The notes: generated by a model not told the origin, from the sequence alone. Shown: positions 50,876 to 64,000, counted from the first letter of the stretch. The stretch: 64,000 bases of DNA from Eledone cirrhosa (GCA_964016885.1 OZ024752.1:38936001-39000000), one strand, 5' to 3'. Translations and numbers: made by a program.

Positions 50876-52708
50876 TACTCCTGTGCCTTTAATTGTATTT
50901 CTATAATTTATTCTGTCATCAGCTGTTTCAATATTGCAAAACTTGGTCACATTTGTGTAATAGCTACACTCCTGCATCTCAATTTGGCATCACCCCCCCC
51001 CCCCTTAATAGCCTATTTCTATACTTTGTACAGTATATTCATCAGTTATCTGTACTTTTTTTTCATCCGGCATGTATCACATTATTAGGCATTTAGCCCA
51101 AAACCTCAGTTATGTAGACTCTTTATTCATTATTCCTGAGCAAGTCTCTCCCTGTCTCTCTTTCCAAACACTATTATTTTTTGGTGAATTGGCAGTATCG
51201 GTAGAGGGTCGGACGCCATGCTTTCCAGCATAGTTACGTCCCTTTACGGGCTGAGTTCAAATCTTGTCGAGGTTAACTTTGCCTTTTTACCGGGCCGATA
51301 AAATAAAGTACCAGTAATGAACTGGGTAATTGCTGGCCTTGTGCCTAAAGTAGAAACAATTATTTTTTATACTATGCAACATATCCTGTTAGTTCTGTAC
51401 AAAGAGTCCTTCTGTCCTCTCAACAATAAGGATATATTAACTTTCTTCCACCATCCTACTCAGATGAGTAAGAGAACTAAATAGATTTTGTACTTATGAG
51501 AGAGAGAAAAAAAAAGCAAATAGTTGTGAACACTAAATCTCTCAAGTGATGATTAGTGACTTTAAATTAACAAAGATTCAGAAAGCAAAATGACAAGCTG
51601 GAGATTGATGTGAAAAGGTCTTGTTTTATTCTCTTAGCTGACATTTTTATTTTGCATTAAGTGAAGCATATTTTAAACTAGGTGTAAAACAGTGTAAGGA
51701 ACAATTTGTTGCAAGCTAACAACTAGTTTTGTCGATGCATTAGGGGTGGCTCCAGTGAAGATGCAGGCAACATGAAAAGGGAATATTAAGAAGCTGTTTG
51801 AGAAGATACAAGAGACTGAAAATAGGATGTTTGCCAATGTTTTGTGTTCTGTAAGTGAGAAACATGAAGTATTCCAAATTGCAAGATAGTGCATTTGTAT
51901 GGATGCCATTACGAAGAAGTGTGTCTGAAGCAACACTGGTGTACTTTCCTTTCAGTGATAGATGTGTGTGTGGGGAGAGGGGGATAGGCAAATAAGTGTT
52001 GCCATGAGAGTTTGTTGAACGAAGAAGGTGAGTAAGGTAGTGAGGAACTATTCCGAGTTAAAATTGAGTGACAAATTATTTAGGTTAGCTTCAGATATTA
52101 AGTAGAATGAGAGAGGAAAAGCAAGTCCATGAAAGATAGTTGTTGAAATGTTGAAAGAGCATCAAGCTATATAGATATGATGCTAGTTTGCATAGTTTAT
52201 TTATTAGGTAATATAGACAAGTGATGTACCTGTACAGTAGACTCACCTTACCTTTGGACACACTAAGTGAGCACCCTCTCTCTTTGAATGATATATTTGT
52301 AGCCTTGATTGATACTTTTTGTTGGATACATCTTTCATACCCATGGTTTATGTCCAATTCTTTTATCTTGAGAATGTTCCATGTCCTGTGACAACTTGTT
52401 ATAAAACCCAATGAAAATTAAAATTCTTTGAAGAATCTCCAAAGTTTTTCCCAAATTTATGTTCCCCAGATTTGTAAGCTGCACTGGATATTCATGCCAA
52501 CAACTTTTCTTTTCTCTTTAAGAAATACCCTGTTGCATGTTCTTTGGAAATGAGAATTATGCATTTGCAAACTGTTTATTATTTAGCTTGGCACTCATTA
52601 AAACTCACACAAAACATTACACTACATTATTTTTTTCAATGTAATTAATATTTGAGCTCTTGTGTATATAACTTTTTCCTACATAGTAATGTTAAGGTGA
52701 CCTTATGT

Positions 52709-52886
52709 TAGTGATTCCCAATGTGGGTTGTACACCCCACAGAGGGGGCAATTTGAAAATATTAATAGGTTTTACCTTATTACTTTTACAGCAAGGCAGC
52801 TGATCGTCACTGTTTTCATATGGAAGAGGGGCACAACAATTTTTGAGATGAGGTGGGGCTGGTACACAAAAGGTTGGGCATCACTA
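52709..52886. mobile_element. hAT MITE
   Basis: TIR TAGTGATTCCCAA / TTGGGCATCACTA with 8-bp TSD CCTTATGT. Confidence 0.88.
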
Positions 52887-54148
52887 CCTTATGTAGTGTA
52901 AATAAGAGATAATTTGTAGAATTTTCTTTGCTTGTTATTTAAGACTTTTTTTTAGTCTTCTGATTTCGTCACATTTAAGGTTTTCTTTTGCATACATCCA
53001 CTACTCAAGACTTGCATAGCAGTTTAATTGCCAACTACTAAAAGAAAAAGATGTTCTGGAAAGGAGCAATTACAGTGCTCTCAAACTGAAGTGCTGGAAG
53101 TAACAAAAGTTTTAGTAAATTAAGTGCAGAATAAGATTTGTTAGGCTTTGTACCAGATTGTTGGACTAAAGATGGCTGTATTTCTTGACAGATGGTTGTA
53201 CGAGAAATTGTTGATCTGGAGAACAAATCCTATGATTCAGCCTGACAGACATTAAGGAAACTAGATGTATAAATATGGCTTGAAAGAGCTACTTAAGTCA
53301 TGTATGAGGGGTGCAGTTAGCAATGTTAGGGTTGGTAATGTTAGTATGGAATTTAGTTAATTATTCAATAGTGCTCAACAAATACTGAATAGTAGGTGTT
53401 GAGGTTAAAACTCACAATGTTTTTCAGGAATGTAAATTAGGGGTTTGAGGGTTCAGCTTCAAATGGTGTCCCCTAACCCTACAGGGTGAAAGTTGATGTA
53501 AGTAGAAAAATGACTTTGTAATAGTGCGAGTAATCATATCCAGTTTTGAATTATGTTACTTCTTAACCCTTTAATGTTCAAACCGGCCAGAATTCTCTAC
53601 CTCCTTCTGTTGAAACTGGCTGTAACTGGTCGCTCAAACTGATAAGGTATTGTTCTCAAAATAAATACTTTCAAAATCTCATAGATTCAATATTATGTGA
53701 GATAATTATGCAAGGTAAAGCCTTTACCATGAATATATAATAGTATATATAGAGTAATATGAATGCTAAAGGGTTAAGAAACATCACTTAATTTGATGAA
53801 TTTGACTAACCTTTTACTGTTTACATTACCCTCTATATACTATTGTATTTTCACGGTGAAGGCTTTATCTAACATGATATCGAATCTATGAGATGATATT
53901 ATTTATTCTGAGAACAATACCTTAACATCAGTATGAGTGATCAGCTATGCCGGTTTGAACAGAAAGAGGAGAGAATTCTGGCCAGATATGACCAGTTTAA
54001 ATACTAAAGGGTTAAACATTGTTTTGCAATTCTTTTGTATTTTGTTGGCAGGACATTAAATTATAAATCACTGCTTATGTCATCATGGTAAACAGACGTA
54101 AAGCGGTTATAGCATTCAAGTTCTAATGTATCTTGTTAACTGAATATA

Positions 54149-55015
54149 CGAAGTGTGTCAGAAAGTTCCAGGACTGATGTCACAAAAGATTTATTTCAAA
54201 CACAAACTTCACACTAAGAGTTTTCTCCTTCAAAGTAATCCCTCTGGAGTCTAATGCACTTTTCGATCCTTTTCTGCCACGCTTGCATGCACTCCTGGAA
54301 GGATTCTTCCGGGATCCTCCGCAGTTCAATTGTCACAGCCTTTTTGATGTCATCCATGTCTTCAAAACGGGTCCCCTCCGGGTCGTACTCGAAGATCCAT
54401 GACTCATCACCGGTGATGACTGTCCCTAGCAAGCCTGGTTCGGTTTCAAGACACTCGAGGATGTCCTGGCACACTTGCATGCGTCGACCCTTCTGGTCAT
54501 CGTTGAGCAGTTTTGGCACCATCTTCGCGCAGACTTTCCCCATGTCCAAATCTTCAGTGAGAATCTTCCAGACGCTGTCCCAATTCATGCCCAGCTCATT
54601 TGCCATCAGTCGAACAGTCAGCTGACGATCGCTACGCACCATCTGCCTGACGCGCTCAACGTTGACCTCAGTCCTGGTTGTTGAGGGCGTTCCACTCCTG
54701 GGGTCATCTTCCACGTCCTCGCGTGACACCGTCTCATCTCCATACACTTGCTGCAGCAATTCCAGTGCTTCTGACAGAGTTTTCCCAAACCGTACCAGAA
54801 ACTTCAAGTTTTTGTTCATTGCTCTGTGCTCATTGCTTGACGACCTGAAACAGAGGACATGTATATAAAATTATGAAGAAAAAAGTTTGATTGCTGCAGA
54901 GAGCTAAGATTACAGTTACATACTCCATGGGGATTACTTTGAAGGAGAAAACTCTTAGTGTGAAGTTTGGGTTTGAAATAAATCTTTTGTGACATCAGTC
55001 CTGGAACTTTTCCTC

Positions 55016-55016
<1 letters not shown>
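54149..55016 (-). mobile_element. Internally deleted mariner transposon with ~90-bp TIRs and a 201-aa residual ORF (54819-54214)
   Basis: TA flanks; arms 54149-54242 and ~54930-55016; ORF with HTH-like region, KVCAKMVPKLL (WVPxEL equivalent) and ITGDESW, but lacking the rest of the DD34D domain. Confidence 0.92.
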
Positions 55017-55072
<56 letters not shown>

Positions 55073-55142
55073 AAATCTCATTTTGCAGATTCATAAAGGT
55101 GTGTTTTTTTAAATTATTAATTACAAAAAACTTATTTTCCAG

Positions 55143-55227
55143 GTCCACAAGATTGCTGGGTTTGCTCCCACCTTGATGATGCAGGTGGTGATGTCGGACG
55201 ATTTGCAAATGCCTGTGCGACAAGCAG
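55143..55227 (+). CDS. IPO7: Importin-7 exon 2
   Basis: CAG|VHKIAGFAPTLMMQVVMSDDLQMPVRQA(G)|GT; contains the PVRQAG motif. Confidence 0.93.
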
Positions 55228-56520
55228 GTTAGTGTTCATAATTATTTAAACCTTAATATTAATCGGAGTAAAGTTATCAATTTTAAAATACTTATTGTGA
55301 TATTCCCTGTCATTGCTTTTTAAATTTGTTGAAGCACCTAACTTTGTAGAGAAATATGTATATATAGCAATGATTCACTTGGTTTCATTTGACATTAGAT
55401 TCACAGAGGAGGAAAATAGTACACCGATTTCAATTTCTTTTACAATTTCCTTTACAAGGACACTAAAACACCTGCTACCTACAAAATGGATTATCATTAA
55501 GCTATTAGACTGTACAATCTATATTATAATAAGAGCAATGTCTGTCTGTCTGTTCGTCCCTCCAGGGGGTCATGCTCACTTTATATTGCGAGGGGGAATG
55601 CCAAGCGAGAGATATAGAAAGAGAGAGAGAAGGGGACGCCATGTGATTTTGAGGTGACAGAAAGAGGTAGACAGACAGTTATGAAGTCACCCTCATCTAT
55701 ATAGAGAAGGGGAGTGCCAAGCGAGAGATGTGTGGCAGAAAGACGGAGAATATGTTGCCCACCTCTAATATTTATTATTGTAGAAATATTTAAATCAGTC
55801 TTTTAGTTTTAAATCACAATCCCTATTTTGTAGGGAAGACTGAGAAGTGAAGCAAAATTCTTGTTTTGCACATAAATTGATTTAGCATTGTGAAATATAT
55901 GCATAGTTTATAAAATTACCATATATACTCCTAAAGTAGCTTAGTTCTAGCTCAGTGTTGTTAAAGGGATCAGAAATAGCTTTCTCCCTAGATTATCTAA
56001 TACAAACAAGTAACATCCCAATGATGAGATACTTAATCCCAACATCTGGGTGAACTGAGGTGTGTAGAATAAGATATTTACCGTATATACACTTATATAA
56101 GCCGACCCCACTATTTTGTCTGAGAAATGGGCAAAAATACGAACCTTATTTATGTAGAATATGAAGTTGGGGAAAATCGTAAAAATATTGAACCTGAATA
56201 TAAGCTGGGCCTCCTCCCTTCTACCATAGTTTTTCTTTTTTGTTGCATATTCCTCAGCTTATATTCAAGTATATATATGGCTGTTCTTTATTCTGAAAGT
56301 ACAACTTTTGTCTACAAACATATTCCGTTAAACATTTAAGTCCCTGGTATTGTACCATTTACTTCAAATTGTTGAATCTTTATCGCTCCTGTATTATATC
56401 TAATGTCAATTGTCATAGGATCAAGTTTCTTATATATTTGTAAATATATAAAGCCTGTTTTGTTTTCTCGAAATGTGTTTTATACTTTTGCTAAAATTTT
56501 AAACTTTTAACATTCTTTAG

Positions 56521-56677
56521 GCGTCATCTATTTCAAAAACATGGTGATCCAATTCTGGCATGATCGAGAAGCTGAGCAAGTGTCAGATCCTTTGCCATTC
56601 AACATCCATGAGCAGGATCGAGATGCTATTCGAGGCAACATAATTGAAGCTGTCATTCACACCCCTGACACCATCAG
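56521..56677 (+). CDS. IPO7: Importin-7 exon 3
   Basis: GVIYFKNMVIQFWHDRE...IHEQDRDAIRGNIIEAVIHTPDTI; canonical AG/GT. Confidence 0.95.
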
Positions 56678-57254
56678 GTAAAAATATTATCTCTTTCTGT
56701 ATATTTTGTATCAGAAAATAGGTTTGGTTTCTTGATGGACAATTAGAGAATGTTAATGAAGGAAGGCAAGCTGTGGGAATTGTTTGACAGATGCAAACAT
56801 TGACAATTAATTCATCTGATACAGTGGAACCTTGGTTCACGGACTTAATTCATCCCTGAAAACTATTTCCCCACCCATACAAAATGTTGAGAGAGAAATA
56901 CAGAGAGAGAGAGAGAATGCAGAGAAACTGACACAGATAGATATCACCATAGTAACTAACTACACAGCAAGTGCCACTTTCCCGCCAATACTCTCAGCTT
57001 GTTGCCAACCATTGCCTGTTCATTACTCGAGACACCATCTGTGAACCAAGACGTTTTATGTTCGGAAAAGTTGTTCATGAACCAATTACTTCATGATGAG
57101 AGGCATTTATGCATCGAGGTTCCACTGTATTATTTTATTTTAAATTGTTGCAGTTATTCTTCTTCATTGGATCATATTGATAATTTTGCTATCTGATTTA
57201 GTTGTGGATATTCTAAAGCATTTAATGTTTTTCCTTTTTCCTTTTATTCTGCAG

Positions 57255-57413
57255 CACCCAGCTGTGTGTATGTCTTAGTACTATGATAAAATATGATTAT
57301 CCGGGAAGATGGCCTGACCTCACAGAGAAGATTTCTAGGTACATACAATCTGAAGACCACCGTACATGGATGGGAGCTCTCATGTGTCTCTACCAATTAG
57401 TTAAAGTTTATGA
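57255..57413 (+). CDS. IPO7: Importin-7 exon 4
   Basis: TQLCVCLSTMIKYDYPGRWP...WMGALMCLYQLVKVYE; canonical AG/GT. Confidence 0.95.
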
Positions 57414-58354
57414 GTGAGTTTCTCTTGTTCATAGTTTTATAATTCTTTATTTAATTGTTTGTGTGCTTTGTTAATTGTGTTAAATGACTTGAAGAAGTAA
57501 TGTTTCTCTCTTTATAATTCAAACTTTCTCAGATAACCTCTTCACCCACACATTCATGGGAGGGTTGTGGGGGTAAGAGTTCTCAAGCATGCCTTTCAGC
57601 GGCTCCTGTCAGAAGCAACTGTCTCCAATTAATTCAGCTGGATCCCCAAGCAAGACTAGCTGAGCTCATGGATGTTATCCAACTATCTTCCTTGGGGCCC
57701 ACCCCTTGGCTCTCTTGCTGGCTGGTTTTGCCTGTAAAATCTGTCCAGCGATTCTTTCCCTAGACATTCTAACCACATGTCCGTAATATTGGAGCTGTGA
57801 TCTCCTCTCAACTCAAAGTAGTAGCTAAGGTTTAAAACAGAAGAGTTAAAATCAACCCTTGTCGTGAATGTTTAAGCATGTTTTAGAATGGGACATATGG
57901 AAATAGTGCTTAAACAAAAAAAAAAGCCATACAAATGATTCATTTCAAATAGAAAAGGCACTACAAATTTCAAGGCATATAATGTTATGATATATTATGT
58001 TAGGATGACCAAAAAAAATCCTGCTACACAAATCTACCACAAACAATCATGATCAGATTTGTGTCTCAGAAGAGAACTTTCTAGGTGTAAACCCCATGGT
58101 CATTCGTGACCCCCTTTCCCATATTTTATAATTGAGCTGTTTTAACAAAATTCAGTTAACTTGTTTTGTTACTCTGATGAAACTGTTCAGTTTTTGTGAT
58201 ATAAAAATTGCCTATTGATGATGTGATATGAAATTTCTTGTAGTCATAGAAATGATATTAAATGAAAAAAAAAAAAATTTTTTTTTTTTTTTTTTACTAT
58301 CTTTCTGTAGATGTAAACTGTATAACTATGAATATTTAACACATTTTTCTTCAG

Positions 58355-58511
58355 GTATAAAAGATCAAGTGACCGGGAAATTCTTAATCAAGCCATGGTG
58401 ATCCATTTACCTCTCATCTATAAGATGATGCTCCAGATTATGCCAGATCCATCCATTGAATCAAATCTTTTACAAAAGCAAATTCTAAAAATATTTTATG
58501 CATTAATACAA
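58355..58511 (+). CDS. IPO7: Importin-7 exon 5
   Basis: YKRSSDREILNQAM...LLQKQILKIFYALIQ; canonical AG/GT. Confidence 0.95.
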
Positions 58512-60255
58512 GTAAGTTTATTTTGAGTCAGTAGAAACCATTTTCAACTGTCAGGTAAAGTGATTTGATTAGTACAGAGTATATATCCATATTAGATTAT
58601 TTAGGTATTTGTTTGTTGTATTAAGTTTCAGTTCAAATCCTGTTGTGGTCAGTGAAATAAGTTTTAGAAATTGACACACGACCGTGACTTCTGGCGTCAC
58701 GCAGTAATACAGGGTACCCGACCTCCCATGGGTACATGCTGAAGCATATAAACAATATGCCCCCCCCCCCCCCCCCACACCGCAAGATGGCCGTGGAGGT
58801 GCCACGGCAAAAAAGCACCCAGCCCACACTGTAAAGTGGACGTGTAGGCGCCACGAAAAAGCACCCAGCACTCACTGTAAATGAGGTTGGTGTTAGGAAG
58901 GGCATCCAGCTGTAGAAATCAAGCCAGATCAGTTCCTGTATGAGCAAGGCATGGTCAGCCGACCAGACACTGCCCACAACAGGACAACCCGTCTAACCCA
59001 TGCTAGCGTGGAAGAACGGACGTAAAACGGTGATGATGAAATTGCATGTAGTGTATTGGCAGAAGGTTAACACTCTTGATGTGTTGTTTCCTTGAGCAAG
59101 ACACTTTATTTCACATTGCTCCAGTTTACTCAGCTGTAGAAATGAGATGATAGGGACTGGGGTCCCTATCATCTGTAAAGTGGACATGTAGGTGCCACGG
59201 CAAAAAAAGCACACAGCACTCACTGTAAATGAGGTTGGTGTTAGGAAGGGCATCCAGCTGTAGAAATCAAGCCAGAATCAGTTGCCGTCCCACCCTTGCA
59301 AGCAGGGAAAAAGCGGACGTAAAATGAAATGTTGATGATGATGATGAGTAATCCTTGTTACAAACCATTTTATAGGCAAGACACAGTCCATTCCATACCC
59401 TATTTGCATTTCTATAGTCAAGTGATAGATAGAATCTAAGTCTAAAAATGTTTCATTTTTACTTAATGTAAAAATGTGTATGTATGTTTGAATATATATC
59501 TTCCATCATTGTCGGTTTAACATCCGCTCTCCCTGCTAGCAAAGGCTGGACAGCTCTATATAGACCAAGTCCGTACTGAAACAGAGCCACTGATCTCTCA
59601 AGCAATCCCATAGATTGATTGATAATTAAACTGAGATTATAGATGTCATAGGAAAAAGAATATTACCAAAGTTGGAAATTGAATTCACATTCTTGATATT
59701 TTGGCACTTTGTATATTTTATGCAGTTCATTTATTTCTAAGTTTAACCCTTTCATAACCACAGTTCTATTTTAATTAATTAATAAAGAATATTGAGGGAT
59801 AAGATAGTAACTTAATGGAAGGTTCTTACATAAAATTATGTTGGAAGATTTTAATTTAAAATGGGTGATTTTATTTCATAGAACCAAAGTTGGTTTTGGT
59901 TGGGTTGGTAACTAAAGGGTTAACCCTTTCCTTACTATATTTCTATTGAAATACACTGCCTATGATTTTCAAATTGAAAATAATCAAGACCTATTAAGCT
60001 GGTGTTTGTAACATAACAAAGGTTCTTACATAAAATTGTAATGAAGGTTTTTATATAAATATAAATGTTAAAATGAACAGCCTGCATCCATCAAACTGAG
60101 GGTAGTTTGGTATCAAAAGAATTAAGTATAATCTTTTAAAAGCTATTATCAAATTCAAATAATCTCTCTGGTTTCTCTGTGTTTGAAAGCGGAGCTTGTT
60201 CAAGTGATAACTTTTTAAATATTGAAAAAATAAATTTCTTTTAAATTCTTTTCAG

Positions 60256-60345
60256 AATTTCCTCCCATTAAATTTGATTGACCAAGAAGTATTTACTCGT
60301 TGGATGGAGATAATACGGCAAATTGTTGATCGAGCAATTCCTGAG
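60256..60345 (+). CDS. IPO7: Importin-7 exon 6
   Basis: NFLPLNLIDQEVFTRWMEIIRQIVDRAIPE; canonical AG/GT. Confidence 0.93.
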
Positions 60346-60763
60346 GTAAATAAATGTCCTTCTTCTGTAGAGTTTCCTGATAATTCCAAGCTCAACCTCT
60401 TGTAGAAATTGTAGACATGTGATGTTTTGATTGACTTTATAAACTTTGCTCAAAGATTAATCATGGTTGGCTGAGTTTAAGGAAATTGTGTTAACTTTTC
60501 AATGTTGTGGTTCCCAGTGTATTCTCTAACAAAAGAATTCTGTGGTAGTTGTAGGGGTAATAGTAGTGGTGCAATTCCTTGTTACCACGATAACACTACT
60601 TCCACAACCTGGGTAGCATTGCTTCACTTGGGTGGGTGGCTTCGGTGGTGGGTTATGGTTGCTATGAGTAGTTGTGGGTTGCACTGTGTGTGTATGTGTG
60701 TGTGTGTAGCTGTAGATGCTGTGAGAAAATATATTCCAATATCTTTGTTCCACTCTCTTGAAG

Positions 60764-60858
60764 GCTGCTAATCAAGTGGACGAAGAGGAACGACCTGGTC
60801 TACCTTGGTGGAAAGTTAAAAAATGGGCGTTACATATTTTGGCAAGAACATTTGAACG
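60764..60858 (+). CDS. IPO7: Importin-7 exon 7
   Basis: [32 protein letters not shown], the hallmark PWWK.KKWA motif. Confidence 0.95.
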
Positions 60859-61203
60859 GTATGTAATGTGTTTTTGTTTTAATATCAGATTATTTTTTAT
60901 AAAAACAATCCAAATTTATTACATCTTAATAATCCTTTTGAGGTTTCTTTTAAATGTTGCAGTAACATTTATGTATATATAAATAACCAATATACGTTAG
61001 CATTTGTTTATAGATGTGGCAGTACATATATATAGTTTTTTTAAGCATCATGCAATTAGATTAAAACCATAAAAAGCTCTAATGTAAAGCATAAGTCCTC
61101 CAAGCTGTAATATAGTTTATATATATATAAGTGCAAATATATTTTTTTACTTAACTAAATATTATCATTTTATGGTCCAATCGTGTGTGTGTGTGTGTGT
61201 ATA

Positions 61204-61280
61204 CAGTGTGTCCCAAAAATGTATACACATTTTGATTAGAATGCTGTTGAAGTGTGTATACATCTTTTGAGGACACCTTA
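61204..61280. mobile_element. Very short Tc1-like palindromic MITE
   Basis: TA|CAGTGTGTCCCAAAAATGTATACAC...GTGTATACATCTTTTGAGGACAC, lying between microsatellites. Confidence 0.6.
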
Positions 61281-61288
61281 TGTGTGTG

Positions 61289-61319
<31 letters not shown>

Positions 61320-61486
61320 ATATATATATATGAGGTTTGTAGCTTGCTTGAAGCATTGTTGAACAGGAAACACAAATTTAAATTTTGAAAGCCAGACAAT
61401 GCATTATGGAGAACATTAGATCGCCAAGATAACAAAAGAATCTTACCGTAGCAAATTTATATATAATCTATTTAATTATTTTACAG

Positions 61487-61557
61487 GTATGGTAGCCCTG
61501 GTAATGTAACCAAGGACTACACAGACTTCGCTAATTGGTACCTGAAAAGTTTTACCT
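61487..61557 (+). CDS. IPO7: Importin-7 exon 8
   Basis: YGSPGNVTKDYTDFANWYLKSFT; canonical AG/GT. Confidence 0.93.
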
Positions 61558-62662
61558 GTGAGTTTTCTTGTAAAATTTTTTTATTAATGTATTTCTCTCA
61601 TTCTAATTTTTGGCTATTGGTATTATTGCTCCATTCCAAAAGTCATTTTTAACTCTTCCAATTCTTCCATACTTTTGTTTATTATTTCATGACTTCCAAA
61701 TTTGAAATTTTTTATTAAACATCTGGATAAAAACTTAGGGCTTTAATTTAACCCTTTAGCATTTAAACCGGCTGTATCTGGCCAGAATTCTCTCACCTCT
61801 TTCTGTTGAAACCGGCTGTAACTGGCCACTGATACTGATTTCAAGGTATTGTTCTCAAAATAAATATCAAAATCTCAGATTTGATATTCTGTGAGGTAAA
61901 GCCTTTACCGTGAAAATGCAATAGTAAATATAATGTAAATGCTAAAGGGTTAAATTCAGTATTATGTTATTGGTATTTATGTATTAGCTTTAATCAATAT
62001 TAAATTCTTGAAGATTTTGTTTAACCTAATAGTCACTATTGTCATCATCATCATCATATCAGTTGTTTTTTTTTTTTCATGCTGGCATGGGCTGGACATG
62101 CCTCGGTGTCTTATCACAGGTTGGGGTGTGCATCACCTTGCACACAACAACAGAGTAAACCACCCAGTTTTGTTGTGTATATCTGTTGTTTATTAGATGT
62201 AACTCATGCATTCTTGTGTGCATTTCATTAGAATATTGTAACGGAACCATTGAGATTTTGGGGTACTTTCAAGCCAGATTTTAGTGTTTTCATGGGCTTT
62301 ATTGTAAAGATTTTAGCATGTTTAACCCTTTAGCATTTACATTACTCTATATTTACTATTTTATTTTTGCGGTAAAGGCTTTATCTCGCATAATTAATTA
62401 TCTAACATAATATCAAATCTATGATTTTGATATTATTTATTTTGAGAACAATACCTTAACATCATTATGAGTGGCCGGTTACAGCCAGTTTGAACAGAAA
62501 GAGGTGAGAGAATTCTGGCCAGATATGGCCAATTTAAATGCTAAAGGGTTATAACATTTTTTAGCTATCACTTTTAGTTATTGAAATGCCTTCACTTGAA
62601 ATTGTAAAGATTAGGGTTGTATAATTACTTGCTTAATACTTTTAAAATTTATTTGAATTTAG

Positions 62663-62765
62663 GTGGTATCATTCCTGTTCTCTTGAATTTACTTGATCAA
62701 TATCGAAAGAAGATGTATGTTGCTCCCAGAGTTATACAACAGACACTCAACTATTTGAATCAAGG
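62663..62765 (+). CDS. IPO7: Importin-7 exon 9
   Basis: [34 protein letters not shown]; canonical AG/GT. Confidence 0.94.
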
Positions 62766-63430
62766 GTAAGTTCTCAGTGTTTCTTGTTTACTTCCTTACA
62801 CCTGTCTCTTATAGTTAAAGGATTCTACTACCATCCTGATTTGTAAATAAGTATATCTGGATTAAGTAACTTTCTAGAAGAAATGGTTCATTGGATAGAT
62901 GGACTGTACCTGTAATTCAAAGGGTCAGCTTTGTTACTGATTCACTCAACAACATATAGCTATGGAATATTCAGCCACTTATAAGAGTCAACTGAAAAGT
63001 TCATAGGCTGACTATGAAGGAGTGATGCTAGAGCTGTGAAATATTGCATGCATTAATTTCAACTCTTATCAATAACTACATTGCTTCTACATTTGGTCAT
63101 TCATGAGAGTATCTTGCTCAGACTATGAACTTTTCAGTCGACCCTCGTATTGTTTCTTTCAAGAGACTTTGTTGAAAAATAAACCTCATTTGATTATTCC
63201 GTGAGAGTATCTTGGTCAGACTATGAACTTTTCAGTTGACTGTCATACATGCTAATTCAATGAATAAGCATTCAATTTGATCAAACAAACTAGAATACTT
63301 ATCTTTGAAATTGCCAGAGATTTATTTATTTTACTTAATTACCTACTAGGTTACACTTACTGCTTTACCCACAAAAATTAGAATAATTTTAATCTTAGAT
63401 TTATAAAACAAACTAACATATCTATTTCAG

Positions 63431-63476
63431 AATCAGCCATGCTTTCTCCTGGAAATGTATCAAGCCCCATATAGCA
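63431..63476 (+). CDS. IPO7: Importin-7 exon 10 (gene continues beyond window)
   Basis: ISHAFSWKCIKPHIA|GTAAG (cf. VSHALTWKNLKPHIQ). Confidence 0.9.
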
Positions 63477-64000
63477 GTAAGTAATTTAAACAATATACAT
63501 TTACATTACTCTATATATACTGTTGTATTTTCATGCTAAACACTTTATCTCATAATTATCTCATATAATATCAAATCTACGAGATTTTGATATTATTTAT
63601 TTTGAGAACAGTATCTTAAAATAAGCATGAGTGGTCAGTTACAGCTGGTTTGAACAGAAAGAGGTGAGAGAATTCTGACCAGATATACTATGGCCGGTTT
63701 AAATGTTAAAGGGTTAATGTCTATTTTCCATGCTTGCATGGGTTAGTTTATATAGCTTACTGAATGTCAGTTTTAAAACCTTCAAAATGGGTGGTTTTAT
63801 TTCATAGAATCAGTCGGTTTTGGCCGGGTTGGTAACTAAAGGGTTAAAGCAAGCGTTTATCAAGTGAAATCATAAATATATCACTAATGCATTAATTAGA
63901 TTACATTGATATTTTGTTTTTAAATGGTGTTGGGCAATCTGAAGCAGTTTGGAAATAAAAGGTTTTGAGGAAGGCAAGTTTTAATGAAAAAGATTTCAAG

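Noticed and set aside
51660-52560. Possible ancient CR1/L2-type LINE remnant on the - strand
   Set aside because: Similarity is too degenerate to support by eye.
55228-63430. Intronic snoRNA (vertebrate IPO7 hosts one)
   Set aside because: No convincing H/ACA or C/D box arrangement could be identified by eye; it needs an Infernal/snoReport search.

Overview
AT-rich, intron- and repeat-dense eukaryotic DNA, most likely from an octopus or other cephalopod (inferred from the tRNA-derived SINE families and microsatellite load). It holds three spliced protein-coding genes: the last four coding exons of mitochondrial single-stranded DNA-binding protein (SSBP1, +, 957-4424), a complete 3-exon MFS transporter of the SVOP/SV2 type (-, 27425-21193, 529 aa), and the first ten exons of an importin-7/8 orthologue (+, 37627 to beyond 63476, 17.4-kb first intron). 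The rest is SINEs, MITEs (piggyBac-, mariner-, hAT-, Tc2- and Helitron-type), decayed LINE/Gypsy/Penelope fragments, minisatellites and very large (TA)n and (CAC)n tracts. The most striking unannotated signal lies between ~14.7 and ~41.7 kb. Several unrelated short fold-back elements, nearly all abutting (TA)n microsatellites, carry type-I hammerhead ribozyme motifs (stem I-CUGAUGA-stem II-GAAA-stem III-UH-stem I), often one per strand in back-to-back arrangement. A decayed Penelope-like RT remnant ending in a degenerate hammerhead lies among them. All calls were made by eye; coordinates of repeats are approximate unless stated.
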